From IMG/VR virus record IMGVR_UViG_3300020577_006105: a stretch of DNA of 64,000 nucleotides. One strand, 5' to 3'. Origin of the DNA: a virus (lineage: Duplodnaviria > Caudoviricetes). This document shows, in pieces, positions 26,053-35,218 of the stretch. Position numbers and translations under genes: made by a program. Positions within the stretch are counted from its first letter, which is position 1; the number at the start of each line of letters is the position of its first letter. The notes below the pieces were generated by a model, which saw nothing but the letters and a program-made list of their open reading frames with translations, did no database searches and was not told the origin of the DNA.

Positions 26053-27054
26053 ATGTCGTCAACAACCAAAAGAATGGACGCGAAAAAACTGGTAGACTTC
26101 TCTGTAGATTACTACGATGTTCTCGGACTTGTTCGCGAAAACGTACCACTTGGTACTACGCCTGCTGACAGAAGAGTCTTAGCCGATATGCTTGACCGAG
26201 CATATCAAAACGCTTGTCGTAGATACCATCCTGATTATAACCCAGGTCTCGAAAACGCAGAAGAGTTGTTCAAGTTGGCAATTCGGTCTCATACAATTCT
26301 TTCTGACCCAATTGCACGTCGTTACTATGACTCCGGCGGCGCCGATAAGTCACGCTCTATTGAGATTGATGGCAAGAGATATGAAATTGACTGGGACGAC
26401 CTTGGATACTATCGACCCGGAACAACTGCTGATTCTGTAGGATATGGTCTTTTTGTTGCGTTGTCAGAACGAAAAAGCGAACTTGGAATTGTGCCTGCGT
26501 TCTATCCAGAACTACCACAGCATAACTACGAGTGGGATTTTGCAGTGCCAGATATGGGTGTCAAATTAGCAGTATCACTGGTTCCAGACGAAGACGACGT
26601 TAGAAGGCTCACGACAGGTAGTGATATCGGTCACGCTCTACCATTTAAGATTTACATTTGTTTTCCTCGAGCTTGCCCGTATTTCTTTAAGTCCGAAGAA
26701 GAAGTGTATCAGGTTGGAGACAGAACAATTGTAATGCAAGGAAGATTGCAAAAGGCAATGTATGTCGACTATGACCTACTTGAAACCACTACGTTGCAAA
26801 CCGCTCAGGATTTTGTATCTGGGGACGGTATCAAAGATGCATTGCGTGATTTAAGAGATGGTTCACTGCAAACGCGACAACAAGAGAAAGACCGCCAGGC
26901 CGGCGCATTAAACTGGCTTGACACCAAAACCATGAAAGAAGTTGAAGCCGAAAGACTTAGAGCAATTTTACGTCGAAAGACACCACAAGCCAAATACGAC
27001 CCGCATGCTTCTGACTTTTTGCAACGAATTAGGAAAGAGCAGGTGGACGAGTGA
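26053..27054 (+). CDS. J-domain protein with uncharacterised C-terminal domain (333 aa)
   Basis: DYYDVLGL...AYQNACRRYHPDYNPG...AEELFKLAIRSHTILSDPIARRYYD: J-domain with intact HPD. Confidence 0.85.
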   Translation: MSSTTKRMDAKKLVDFSVDYYDVLGLVRENVPLGTTPADRRVLADMLDRAYQNACRRYHPDYNPGLENAEELFKLAIRSHTILSDPIARRYYDSGGADKSRSIEIDGKRYEIDWDDLGYYRPGTTADSVGYGLFVALSERKSELGIVPAFYPELPQHNYEWDFAVPDMGVKLAVSLVPDEDDVRRLTTGSDIGHALPFKIYICFPRACPYFFKSEEEVYQVGDRTIVMQGRLQKAMYVDYDLLETTTLQTAQDFVSGDGIKDALRDLRDGSLQTRQQEKDRQAGALNWLDTKTMKEVEAERLRAILRRKTPQAKYDPHASDFLQRIRKEQVDE

Positions 27055-27075
27055 CTTGGCTCATAAAATGTATTT

Positions 27076-28467
27076 GTGGCAAGCACACGAAATACAAGGA
27101 GGAATCCTTTGGTCAAACACTCATATGTCGTTGATACTTGCGTTTTAATACATGACCCAGCAGCATTATTCAAATTCAAGAACAATGACATCTACTTACC
27201 ACTCGCAGTCATAGATGACCTTGATGAACTCAAGACACGCCGAGACCCTACGGGTTGGGCTGCACGTGAAGTCTTCAGACACCTTGACAAACTGAACCTG
27301 GAGGATTTGGTTTCGAAAGGAGTTGTGATTAACGAACACAACGGAAGGCTATTCATTTACAACCCAGAAGCTCCAGTCCAGCGTGGAGAAATGCCTGCAA
27401 TTGTCCGCGTCAACAGTGATAATGCTATCATTCAGACCTGTTTGATGCTCAAAGCCCAGAGTCACAAGAAAGTTGCCATTGTGTCGAAAGACACTGGTCT
27501 ACGCGTAAGAGCCCAGTCAATGGGATGCACCGCAGAAAACTATCGAAGTGATTTACTGGAAGATGAAATCTACGACGGAGTTATTCACATCGAGGTGGAT
27601 AACACGGAGGATTGGGGCAATTTGTACGGCAATGGTGAAGTTATCCAAGTAGAACATCTGACAAAGCCATTACAAGAGCAAATCAGCAAACTTAACACAA
27701 ACGAGTTTGTAATGTTCAAGTATGGTGAGCAAGTGTGTCCGTGCTGGTTCAAAGAAGATGAACTCCGCGTCTTCCGAGATAAGCATGGTCAAAAACCTGA
27801 GTTTATGGGAATCAAGCCTCATAACATCGAGCAAAGATTTGCAATGGAGGCACTGGCAGCAGATGACATTCCATTGGTTATCTTACTCGGTCCAGCCGGA
27901 ACAGGAAAAACCATTCTCAGTCTGGCTGTTGCACTGCAAAAAGTCAATGACGGTACATACGACAGGATTGTGGTCATCAAGCCCAACATCCCAGTCGGAG
28001 GTGTTGACATTGGCGCATTGCCTGGAGACAAGTACGAAAAACTCAGTGCCTGGCTTGGTCCTATGAAGGATAACGTGCAGCAGCTTATCAACAGCAGACG
28101 TCGTTCAGCAGGAGAGACGTTTGAACAGATGGTAGACGAGGGCATTATTGAAGTCGAAGCACTTGGATATATTCAAGGCCGCTCAATTGCAAATAGTGTC
28201 GTGATAGTTGATGAATTACAGAACGTCAGTCCGCGTGTGGCACGAATGGTTGTCGAACGTTGCGGACGGGGTTCTAAAATCATACTTCTAGGAGACCCAT
28301 CACAGGTAGAGAATCCATTTTTGGACAATCGTTCAAATGGTCTAGCTCATGCTGCTATTGGTTCCAAAAAGAGTGACATGGCCGCTGTGGTCAAGTTGAC
28401 TAAGGTAGAGCGTTCGCCGCTTGCGGCCGCTGCATCTGCCATATTTGGTCGACCCGAAGCACATTAA
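27076..28467 (+). CDS. phoH: PIN-PhoH fusion (PhoH2/YlaK-like ATPase-RNase)
   Basis: PIN motifs YVVDTCVLIHDP, DNAII, SKDTGLRVRA; PhoH motifs GPAGTGKT, GALPGDKYEK, YIQGRS, IVDELQN, GDPSQV. TAAAAT lies 6 nt before the GTG. Confidence 0.93.
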   Translation: MASTRNTRRNPLVKHSYVVDTCVLIHDPAALFKFKNNDIYLPLAVIDDLDELKTRRDPTGWAAREVFRHLDKLNLEDLVSKGVVINEHNGRLFIYNPEAPVQRGEMPAIVRVNSDNAIIQTCLMLKAQSHKKVAIVSKDTGLRVRAQSMGCTAENYRSDLLEDEIYDGVIHIEVDNTEDWGNLYGNGEVIQVEHLTKPLQEQISKLNTNEFVMFKYGEQVCPCWFKEDELRVFRDKHGQKPEFMGIKPHNIEQRFAMEALAADDIPLVILLGPAGTGKTILSLAVALQKVNDGTYDRIVVIKPNIPVGGVDIGALPGDKYEKLSAWLGPMKDNVQQLINSRRRSAGETFEQMVDEGIIEVEALGYIQGRSIANSVVIVDELQNVSPRVARMVVERCGRGSKIILLGDPSQVENPFLDNRSNGLAHAAIGSKKSDMAAVVKLTKVERSPLAAAASAIFGRPEAH

Positions 28468-28477
28468 CTCCGTGTAT

Positions 28478-28508
28478 AAACCCCTTGGAACTCACTTCTG
28501 AGGGGTTT
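28478..28508 (+). terminator. Hairpin between phoH and the TolB-repeat gene
   Basis: AAACCCCTTGGAA-CTCAC-TTCTGAGGGGTTT, 13-bp stem with G-U pairs; ends 8 nt before ATG 28517. Confidence 0.6.
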
Positions 28509-28516
28509 TAGGTTTT

Positions 28517-31500
28517 ATGGCATTCTCTTATCGTTGGCGCAAACATTATCCAGGGTCTGGTTACATTGTAACAGACGAAGGCTTGTCGGTGCTTAATATG
28601 GGCACTTATAAGGCTGGAACATATGGTGACGACGATACAGATGTCAAGTCAGTAGTTAGTCTAAGATTCGCTGGAGCGCCGGCAAAATCTATTCAGGTAT
28701 GGTGCGACCCAAGTAGTGTCGACCTTATCAACGAAGACGGAACAGTCACACCTCGAGTAGATTTGACAGAGCTCGGGTATGAAATCAAATCTACTATTGT
28801 AGACACATACAGAATTGCCTATTCACTAGGCACATCTAATGCTAATGAGTCAAATGTTTTTTCATCAGGAGAAGAAAACAATGAAATACTACAACTTACA
28901 GCACATTCATTAGACAGCTATAGTGGTAGTTATAATTACGACAGCACCCAAATTGTGTTTGTGTCTGACCGTGCTGGTAAAAAGCAAATCTATCGTGCTA
29001 ACGCAGATGGCACTGGTGCAATCCCACTAACCGAACCTTCTTACAACGCCATCGACCCACATTGGTGCAAGGTAACCAACCCAATAGACCCTAGCTTCAA
29101 CAAAATCGTGTTTGCCTCAGACGCACACACTGGTTGGCAGCTCTATACGATGAATTCCGATGGCACCGGTCTTACACGACTAACTAATCGCACAGCTTCT
29201 GTGTACGATGGTGATGACTATTCACCATGCTGGAACTATGACGGTACCAGAATTTGTTTTGTCAGCACGCGAGATGGTGTGGAGCAGATTTACTACATTC
29301 AATCCAATGGCACAGGTACCACTAATATTGATGCTACTGGATTTTCCAATATTGACCCCGCTTACAATCCTGCCTCTAACGTAATCGCATTTTCCTCAAA
29401 TAGAACAGGAAGCTATGACATATACACGATTAACGACGATGGTTCAAGTCTTGCAAGGGTAACTCAGACCGGCCGTGATGCTACAGAGTCTTCTTGGCTA
29501 TCAAGTACAGCAATTGTGTTTGCCGGGCGTGCGAATGCAACAAAACACATCTATACTGTCAATAGCGACGGAACGTCACTAAATCGCGTCACATATTCTG
29601 CTGATGACGACGGCTCTCCGCAAGCAAATCATGATGGAACAAGAATTATCTATGATTCGATAAGAAGCAAATATCGAGTTGTCATGAGTTGTTTGTCTAC
29701 CGGCATACCAATTACCAGGTTAACAGAAAACAGTCCTGAAAGTTTTTGCCCGGCATTCAATCGAACCGGAGAGCTTTTTGCATTTTGTAGTGACCGAGGC
29801 GATGGCAACATCAATATCTATCAAACTGGTTCAGACCTAAACATCGGAACAGCAACAGCTATCACATCCAACACAGGAGTTAGCTGGCAACCAACATGGA
29901 GTGTAAATAGTTCAAAACTTGCGTTTTCTACAAACAAAGATGGAAACTATCAGATTTACAAAATCAACGCCAATGGCACAAGTCAAACTCGATTGATTAA
30001 CAATGCATTCGACTGCACTTTCCCAAGTTGGCAATATGCTGCCAATCCAGTAGATGAACGTATCATTTACATGAGCGACGAGAGTGGTACACATCAGATT
30101 TACTCAATGCACACTGATGGCACCAATCAAACCGTACTCACTGCTTCCGGGGTGAACATTTGGCCATCGGTTTCTCCAGATGGCACGAAGATTGCTTTTG
30201 CATCCAATAGGGTTGGTAATGAATTCAAATTGTATGTTATGAACTCCGATGGCTCGTCTGAGACCGCAGTTGGCAGCAATATAGTATCTTCGCCAATCAC
30301 ATGGTCTCCAGACGGAACACGAGTTGCATTTAATAGAGATGATTTCGAGATATACAGTGTCGATATAGCTACTGGCACAAGTCTTGATAGAGTCACCTAT
30401 AACAGCAATTCTGAATTCTATCTGGCATGGGACCCTGATGGCACGGCCATTGTATATGATTCGGCTTCAGAACTTGGTAGAAGGAGTCTCAAGTATGTAG
30501 ACCCGCTTGGCGGCGACACACAATCAGTAGACACTGTCGATTGTTTGTACGGCGGTTCATGGTCTTTTGATGGTTCTCAGATTGTATTCAACAGGACTTC
30601 GACTATTGGTAGAGAAAAACTGTTGTCATGCTCGTTTGATGGAACTAATAAAACAGCGATAACACTCGAGTCAATTGTTTCTGACAAAAAAGCTATCTAT
30701 TGTGCCAGTCTGGACAGGGTGTATTTTGAGCGTAATGTACCAGGGTTCAACACGGCCATATGCTATTACAGTCCTGCATCATCTACAATCACTACTCAAT
30801 ACACCACAAACTTTGACACAACAGTACTACAGGATGTATCTGCTGACGGATTGCGGCAATTACTTACATATGGTGGTCGGCTTTATGAACTGAATTCAAC
30901 CACTTCTACTGAGTTGACCACTGACACATCACTGTCTATCCCAGCAGAGTACGCGTGCTATAACCCAGACAGAAAACGCATTGCAATTATCATGCCAGGG
31001 GGAACGGGTAATTACCCGTTGAAACCGCAGATATTCCTTTACACTATCAGCACACAAAAGTTAACAAAAATCACAGATACAGACACTGTGAAGAAATACA
31101 TTAGCTGGCGCAGTACTTCACCAGAGTTGCTGTACACCGATGAAGTGTCGCCTGGTGTTCATAGATTGCACACTGTCAAAGTTAACGGTTCATCAAAAAC
31201 TCGCTTCATATCAACAAACACTGATAATGAACCAACAACCGAAGAAATTGGCGCACGATGGTGCTCTGATGGCGTCAAGGCGGTGTATTGTCGCAAGGTT
31301 TTAGGAGACAACGGTGGAATTTTTGTAACCGATGGTACAGGTCCTGGCGGTAACATCACACTGAATACCTATCTCACATCAGAGATAGCAGGTTACAATA
31401 TAGACGACGATATCACGTATTTTTCAGGTCAAGATGCTGATTATTACGTTAGTGGATTGTATTCAATTACAGACCACGACAACGCAGTTAGAACTACAAG

Positions 31501-33946
31501 TTTTGGGTACAACGACAGATTCGCCTCTTTCAACACCGATTCGTCAGAAATAGCCATTCAATCGCGCTATTTAGATGTGTCTGGTTCATCGTATGGTATT
31601 TACACAGCTAGTGTGTCAACACCATGGGATAGAACATTATTACGCGCATCATCTGCTTTTCCAGACTGGGGAACCAACGACAAGATTCTGTACACAACCC
31701 TGACCAGTGATGTCCAGGCAGGCTTTGGGTTCATCAATCCGAATGGCACCGGTAATACCAGTATCTCAACAACAGCCGGCGATGGTCAAGCAAGGTGGTC
31801 TAATGACGCCACTAAAATCACATTCATTCGCTCTGGTGAAGTGTGGATGTGTGACGCAGACGGGGACAACATGGTAAAGGTTGTCGATGCGATTACACCA
31901 CTTGGCAACCGCAGTCCTTCGTTCACTCCCGACGACGAGGAAATAGTATTTGAGGCCATGTCTCAAAACGGCAATGGTGAAATTTACAGAGTTGAGGCCA
32001 AAGAAGCCGGAGACGTTTCTGCTGTTAGTTTTCCAGGGAAATGGCCAAGGGTAGACCCTGTCGCTGGAAGGGTTATGTACACTAAAGAGCTTACCGCAAG
32101 TAATGTACTTGTGTGGCGAAATATTGACGGCACTGATGAGATTGAACTCACAGAAACATATTCTCAGGATACATCACCAAGATACAACAGGGCTACAGAT
32201 GACATCATTTTTGTCTCAGACCGAAATGGTAATCATCAGATTTACTCAGTGAATTTGTCTGGTACCGAGACACAGGTGATGTCGAACGCATACAACGACA
32301 AACACCCATACATGAACACAACAGGTTCATATATGGCATTTTCCAGTGACCGTGGAACCAATTCCAATCTTGATATTTACAAACGCGCTACATCTGGCGG
32401 TGCTGTTACACGATTGACCACCAGCACTGGTGAAGACTATCGACCATGTTGGAGTCAAGACGATACTAAAATCGCATTTGTTAGTACCAGAACAGGCACT
32501 CCACAAATTTGGATAATGAATGCCGATGGAACCAGTCAGACACAGTTGTCGACTGTCGGTGACAATGATTATCCAGCCATTTCGCCAGACAATACCTTAG
32601 TGATGTTCACTAGCAATCGTTCTGGCCAATGGGAGTTGTATTATGTGCCCATCGCTGGTGGTACCGAAACTAAGGTTGAAGTTGGAGGTATCAGTGTATA
32701 CCAAGCGGATTGGCGCAGTGACGGTGTAAAAATTGTTCTCGTTGGCGGCGATGGCAATTATCACCACATTTACACTCGAGACACCCCGCTAAATCAAACC
32801 AATTTGACACCGGTTCTACTGTGGAACAGCGGTGAATGTGGCAGCGCGTATTATGGTGAGTCAGATGCAAAAATCACTTTTGATTCCAATATTGATGGTC
32901 AATATGAGATTTACAAAATCGCATCCACTGGCGCTGACAACAACACTATTGCAGAAAGTTCATATGCTGATGCATACCAACCAGCATGGAGCAAAAATGG
33001 AACCGAACTGGCTTATGTCAGCCAAGGCAATGGTGGAATCAATATCTACAAACTTGACTCGAATTCAGTGCTAAGTCTGTTGACAAATCACTATGGTTTG
33101 CTCATCCAGAGTTCTCAACCATCTTGGGAACCAGTAGATAGCAACGCCAGAATTGTTTATCAGACCAATGATGATTCAATCATTTATCTTGACATTGTCT
33201 ATGGATTTTCATTTGGTGCCATGTCGTTCTTGAATTATGGAGTGGCAATAATGAATAACGATGGTTCAGGAAAGATGTTCTTGACAGACCCTAATACATC
33301 TAATTCTATAGAACCAGTGTGGAACCCAAGTGGAACGCATGTGTATTACGCAAGACAAGAAGGTGTAGGCAATTATGAGATATGGAAAGTGACACCAGAA
33401 GCCACTGGTCATGAGGTGGTTGTCAGTGTATCAGGAGATTGTAGGTATCCATGTTTGAATCCATCTGGAACAGTAGTTGTTTACGCAAACAACAGAACTG
33501 GTGAATATCAGTTGTATTCATACGAATTAGCCACAGGCACCGAAACACGACTTACGCAAAACACTTATGAGTGTACTAGACCTACATACACGCCGGATGG
33601 CGATTATGTGGTGTACACGCGATATTCTCCAGAAGGAGAACCAAGCATTTGGAGAATCAAGACAGATACTCTCGAAGATGAAGAGTGGAACAATCCAGAC
33701 GGTCTAAATATAGATGATGCCTCGTCTACGTATTCTGACGCATTTGGAAGCACATTGTTGCAAGACCCAGATACCTGGGCAAATCTTCCTACAACCCAAG
33801 ATGATGCCATCGACCTTGGAATTGCCTACGTAAATCCAAGACTGATTGGTTCGTCAAAGAAATTGGCCATCGCAGTCAAACCGCCAATAGGCGAAGGACC
33901 GTATCAACTTGCTAACTTACAATTAAAAGCAACGTTTCGAGTGTAA
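28517..33946 (+). CDS. Giant TolB/PD40 beta-propeller repeat protein (1809 aa)
   Basis: Dozens of blades of the type P.WSPDGT[KR]I[AV]F.S.R.G..[QE]IY.MN.DG[TS]..T.LT; no signal peptide; non-repeat N- and C-terminal caps. Confidence 0.9.
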   Translation: MAFSYRWRKHYPGSGYIVTDEGLSVLNMGTYKAGTYGDDDTDVKSVVSLRFAGAPAKSIQVWCDPSSVDLINEDGTVTPRVDLTELGYEIKSTIVDTYRIAYSLGTSNANESNVFSSGEENNEILQLTAHSLDSYSGSYNYDSTQIVFVSDRAGKKQIYRANADGTGAIPLTEPSYNAIDPHWCKVTNPIDPSFNKIVFASDAHTGWQLYTMNSDGTGLTRLTNRTASVYDGDDYSPCWNYDGTRICFVSTRDGVEQIYYIQSNGTGTTNIDATGFSNIDPAYNPASNVIAFSSNRTGSYDIYTINDDGSSLARVTQTGRDATESSWLSSTAIVFAGRANATKHIYTVNSDGTSLNRVTYSADDDGSPQANHDGTRIIYDSIRSKYRVVMSCLSTGIPITRLTENSPESFCPAFNRTGELFAFCSDRGDGNINIYQTGSDLNIGTATAITSNTGVSWQPTWSVNSSKLAFSTNKDGNYQIYKINANGTSQTRLINNAFDCTFPSWQYAANPVDERIIYMSDESGTHQIYSMHTDGTNQTVLTASGVNIWPSVSPDGTKIAFASNRVGNEFKLYVMNSDGSSETAVGSNIVSSPITWSPDGTRVAFNRDDFEIYSVDIATGTSLDRVTYNSNSEFYLAWDPDGTAIVYDSASELGRRSLKYVDPLGGDTQSVDTVDCLYGGSWSFDGSQIVFNRTSTIGREKLLSCSFDGTNKTAITLESIVSDKKAIYCASLDRVYFERNVPGFNTAICYYSPASSTITTQYTTNFDTTVLQDVSADGLRQLLTYGGRLYELNSTTSTELTTDTSLSIPAEYACYNPDRKRIAIIMPGGTGNYPLKPQIFLYTISTQKLTKITDTDTVKKYISWRSTSPELLYTDEVSPGVHRLHTVKVNGSSKTRFISTNTDNEPTTEEIGARWCSDGVKAVYCRKVLGDNGGIFVTDGTGPGGNITLNTYLTSEIAGYNIDDDITYFSGQDADYYVSGLYSITDHDNAVRTTSFGYNDRFASFNTDSSEIAIQSRYLDVSGSSYGIYTASVSTPWDRTLLRASSAFPDWGTNDKILYTTLTSDVQAGFGFINPNGTGNTSISTTAGDGQARWSNDATKITFIRSGEVWMCDADGDNMVKVVDAITPLGNRSPSFTPDDEEIVFEAMSQNGNGEIYRVEAKEAGDVSAVSFPGKWPRVDPVAGRVMYTKELTASNVLVWRNIDGTDEIELTETYSQDTSPRYNRATDDIIFVSDRNGNHQIYSVNLSGTETQVMSNAYNDKHPYMNTTGSYMAFSSDRGTNSNLDIYKRATSGGAVTRLTTSTGEDYRPCWSQDDTKIAFVSTRTGTPQIWIMNADGTSQTQLSTVGDNDYPAISPDNTLVMFTSNRSGQWELYYVPIAGGTETKVEVGGISVYQADWRSDGVKIVLVGGDGNYHHIYTRDTPLNQTNLTPVLLWNSGECGSAYYGESDAKITFDSNIDGQYEIYKIASTGADNNTIAESSYADAYQPAWSKNGTELAYVSQGNGGINIYKLDSNSVLSLLTNHYGLLIQSSQPSWEPVDSNARIVYQTNDDSIIYLDIVYGFSFGAMSFLNYGVAIMNNDGSGKMFLTDPNTSNSIEPVWNPSGTHVYYARQEGVGNYEIWKVTPEATGHEVVVSVSGDCRYPCLNPSGTVVVYANNRTGEYQLYSYELATGTETRLTQNTYECTRPTYTPDGDYVVYTRYSPEGEPSIWRIKTDTLEDEEWNNPDGLNIDDASSTYSDAFGSTLLQDPDTWANLPTTQDDAIDLGIAYVNPRLIGSSKKLAIAVKPPIGEGPYQLANLQLKATFRV

Positions 33947-33948
33947 GA

Positions 33949-34001
33949 AGGTACAGATAATTCGCTTACATAAAGGAACATTGTCGACCAATGTTTAATG
34001 A
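33949..34001 (+). promoter_or_regulatory. Two overlapping AGG-N19-TAA putative late promoters
   Basis: AGG TACAGATAATTCGCTTACA TAAAGG (33949) and AGG AACATTGTCGACCAATGTT TAATGA (33974; the spacer is an inverted repeat). Confidence 0.6.
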
Positions 34002-34043
34002 ATGGATTAGGGTGACGTCGAATCACACTGCAGGAAAGATTAA

Positions 34044-34511
34044 ATGCTAAACATAGAAGCAAAATTACATGAAATGCTGCTTGAGGTTGCACCTTATTAC
34101 AATGAGGGCGAACAAGCGCAGATTGTTGCCTATGCTTCATCTTTGTTTGACGGCATGGAAAGACAAGCATCTACACACGCTGCCGAAAGCCAGATGATGG
34201 ATGCAATGCTACAGGCAATTGGCCACTTGCGTGACTGGAGTGATATTGATACACCAGATTTCATAGATGGTCGCGGATTAACAGCGGAACAAATCGTGCG
34301 CTCAGCCGGCCGCACCTTGCCAGAAACAGGATTTGACATTATCAACGAAGACGATTTGGATGTATTCTTTGGAAACTCAGACTACCAAGACCCTAATGGT
34401 TACACTATGGATGATGTTGCTACTTTTGCTGATGGTGAAGAAGCACACCCAGATAGATATTTCTTTAAGCCGGGATTTGGACGACATCGAACAGATTCAC
34501 AATCGAGGTAA
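34044..34511 (+). CDS. Acidic hypothetical protein (155 aa)
   Basis: Downstream of the tandem late motifs; ...GMERQAS. Confidence 0.7.
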   Translation: MLNIEAKLHEMLLEVAPYYNEGEQAQIVAYASSLFDGMERQASTHAAESQMMDAMLQAIGHLRDWSDIDTPDFIDGRGLTAEQIVRSAGRTLPETGFDIINEDDLDVFFGNSDYQDPNGYTMDDVATFADGEEAHPDRYFFKPGFGRHRTDSQSR

Positions 34512-34513
34512 AC

Positions 34514-35167
34514 ATGAGGCGTTTTGCACAAGCACCTCCTCCCGACGCCGCACCTCCAGTCGGTGCTCTACCAATGGCACCGCCGCCAATGGGCGGAATG
34601 CCACCACCTCCAATGGGCGGAATGCCAGGAATGCCACCACCTCCAGGCGCACCACCATCTGGTCCTAGACAAGAGTTAATTGGTCCACTTGATTCTGTGT
34701 CCAAAATCTTGTATGATTACGACATTGGCACGGTTGTAGACGGTAACGCCGCTCGAGACGCCGAAGAACTTGCACTCGAGGTATGGAAAGCATACGGTGG
34801 CACTGAAATGGGTGATGATGTTGAGTCGAAAACAGGAAATCGAACGCCAGAATCAACCAAAGCCGCACCCGAAAAACAAGAGGCTGAGCACAAGGCTACT
34901 GAAGACAGTCGATGGCAGCGACTACCTTTTGGAAAAACTATTGAAGATATCACGACACTTGATGAGCTTTCTGAAATCTTATCAGGACTGATATTTGGTG
35001 CAGTAAAAGCCAAGGCACCAGCCGCAGCACCACCAGGTGGTATGCCACCGCCAATGGCAAATACGATTGAACTAATGCGACGATATTCAGCACTGGCCGA
35101 TGCTAGTGGCGCATATGATGTTGCTGATGAAATTGATTCAATCATTGCGTCAATCATTCGACCTTGA
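34514..35167 (+). CDS. Pro/Gly/Met-rich protein with MRRFAQ N-terminus and C-terminal G-x4-A-x2-I motif (217 aa), possible head assembly protein
   Basis: GAGG SD; PPPMGGMPPPPMGGMPG repeats; ends LADASGAYDVADEIDSII. Confidence 0.75.
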   Translation: MRRFAQAPPPDAAPPVGALPMAPPPMGGMPPPPMGGMPGMPPPPGAPPSGPRQELIGPLDSVSKILYDYDIGTVVDGNAARDAEELALEVWKAYGGTEMGDDVESKTGNRTPESTKAAPEKQEAEHKATEDSRWQRLPFGKTIEDITTLDELSEILSGLIFGAVKAKAPAAAPPGGMPPPMANTIELMRRYSALADASGAYDVADEIDSIIASIIRP

Positions 35168-35174
35168 TAACCAC

Positions 35175-35204
35175 TTGACTGGTTCGAAACGAATGTGTCA
35201 TAAT
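35175..35204 (+). promoter_or_regulatory. Sigma70-type promoter of the topoisomerase operon
   Basis: TTGACT-N18-CATAAT with TG extension. Confidence 0.6.
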
Positions 35205-35218
35205 AGGTTAATCAGCCT

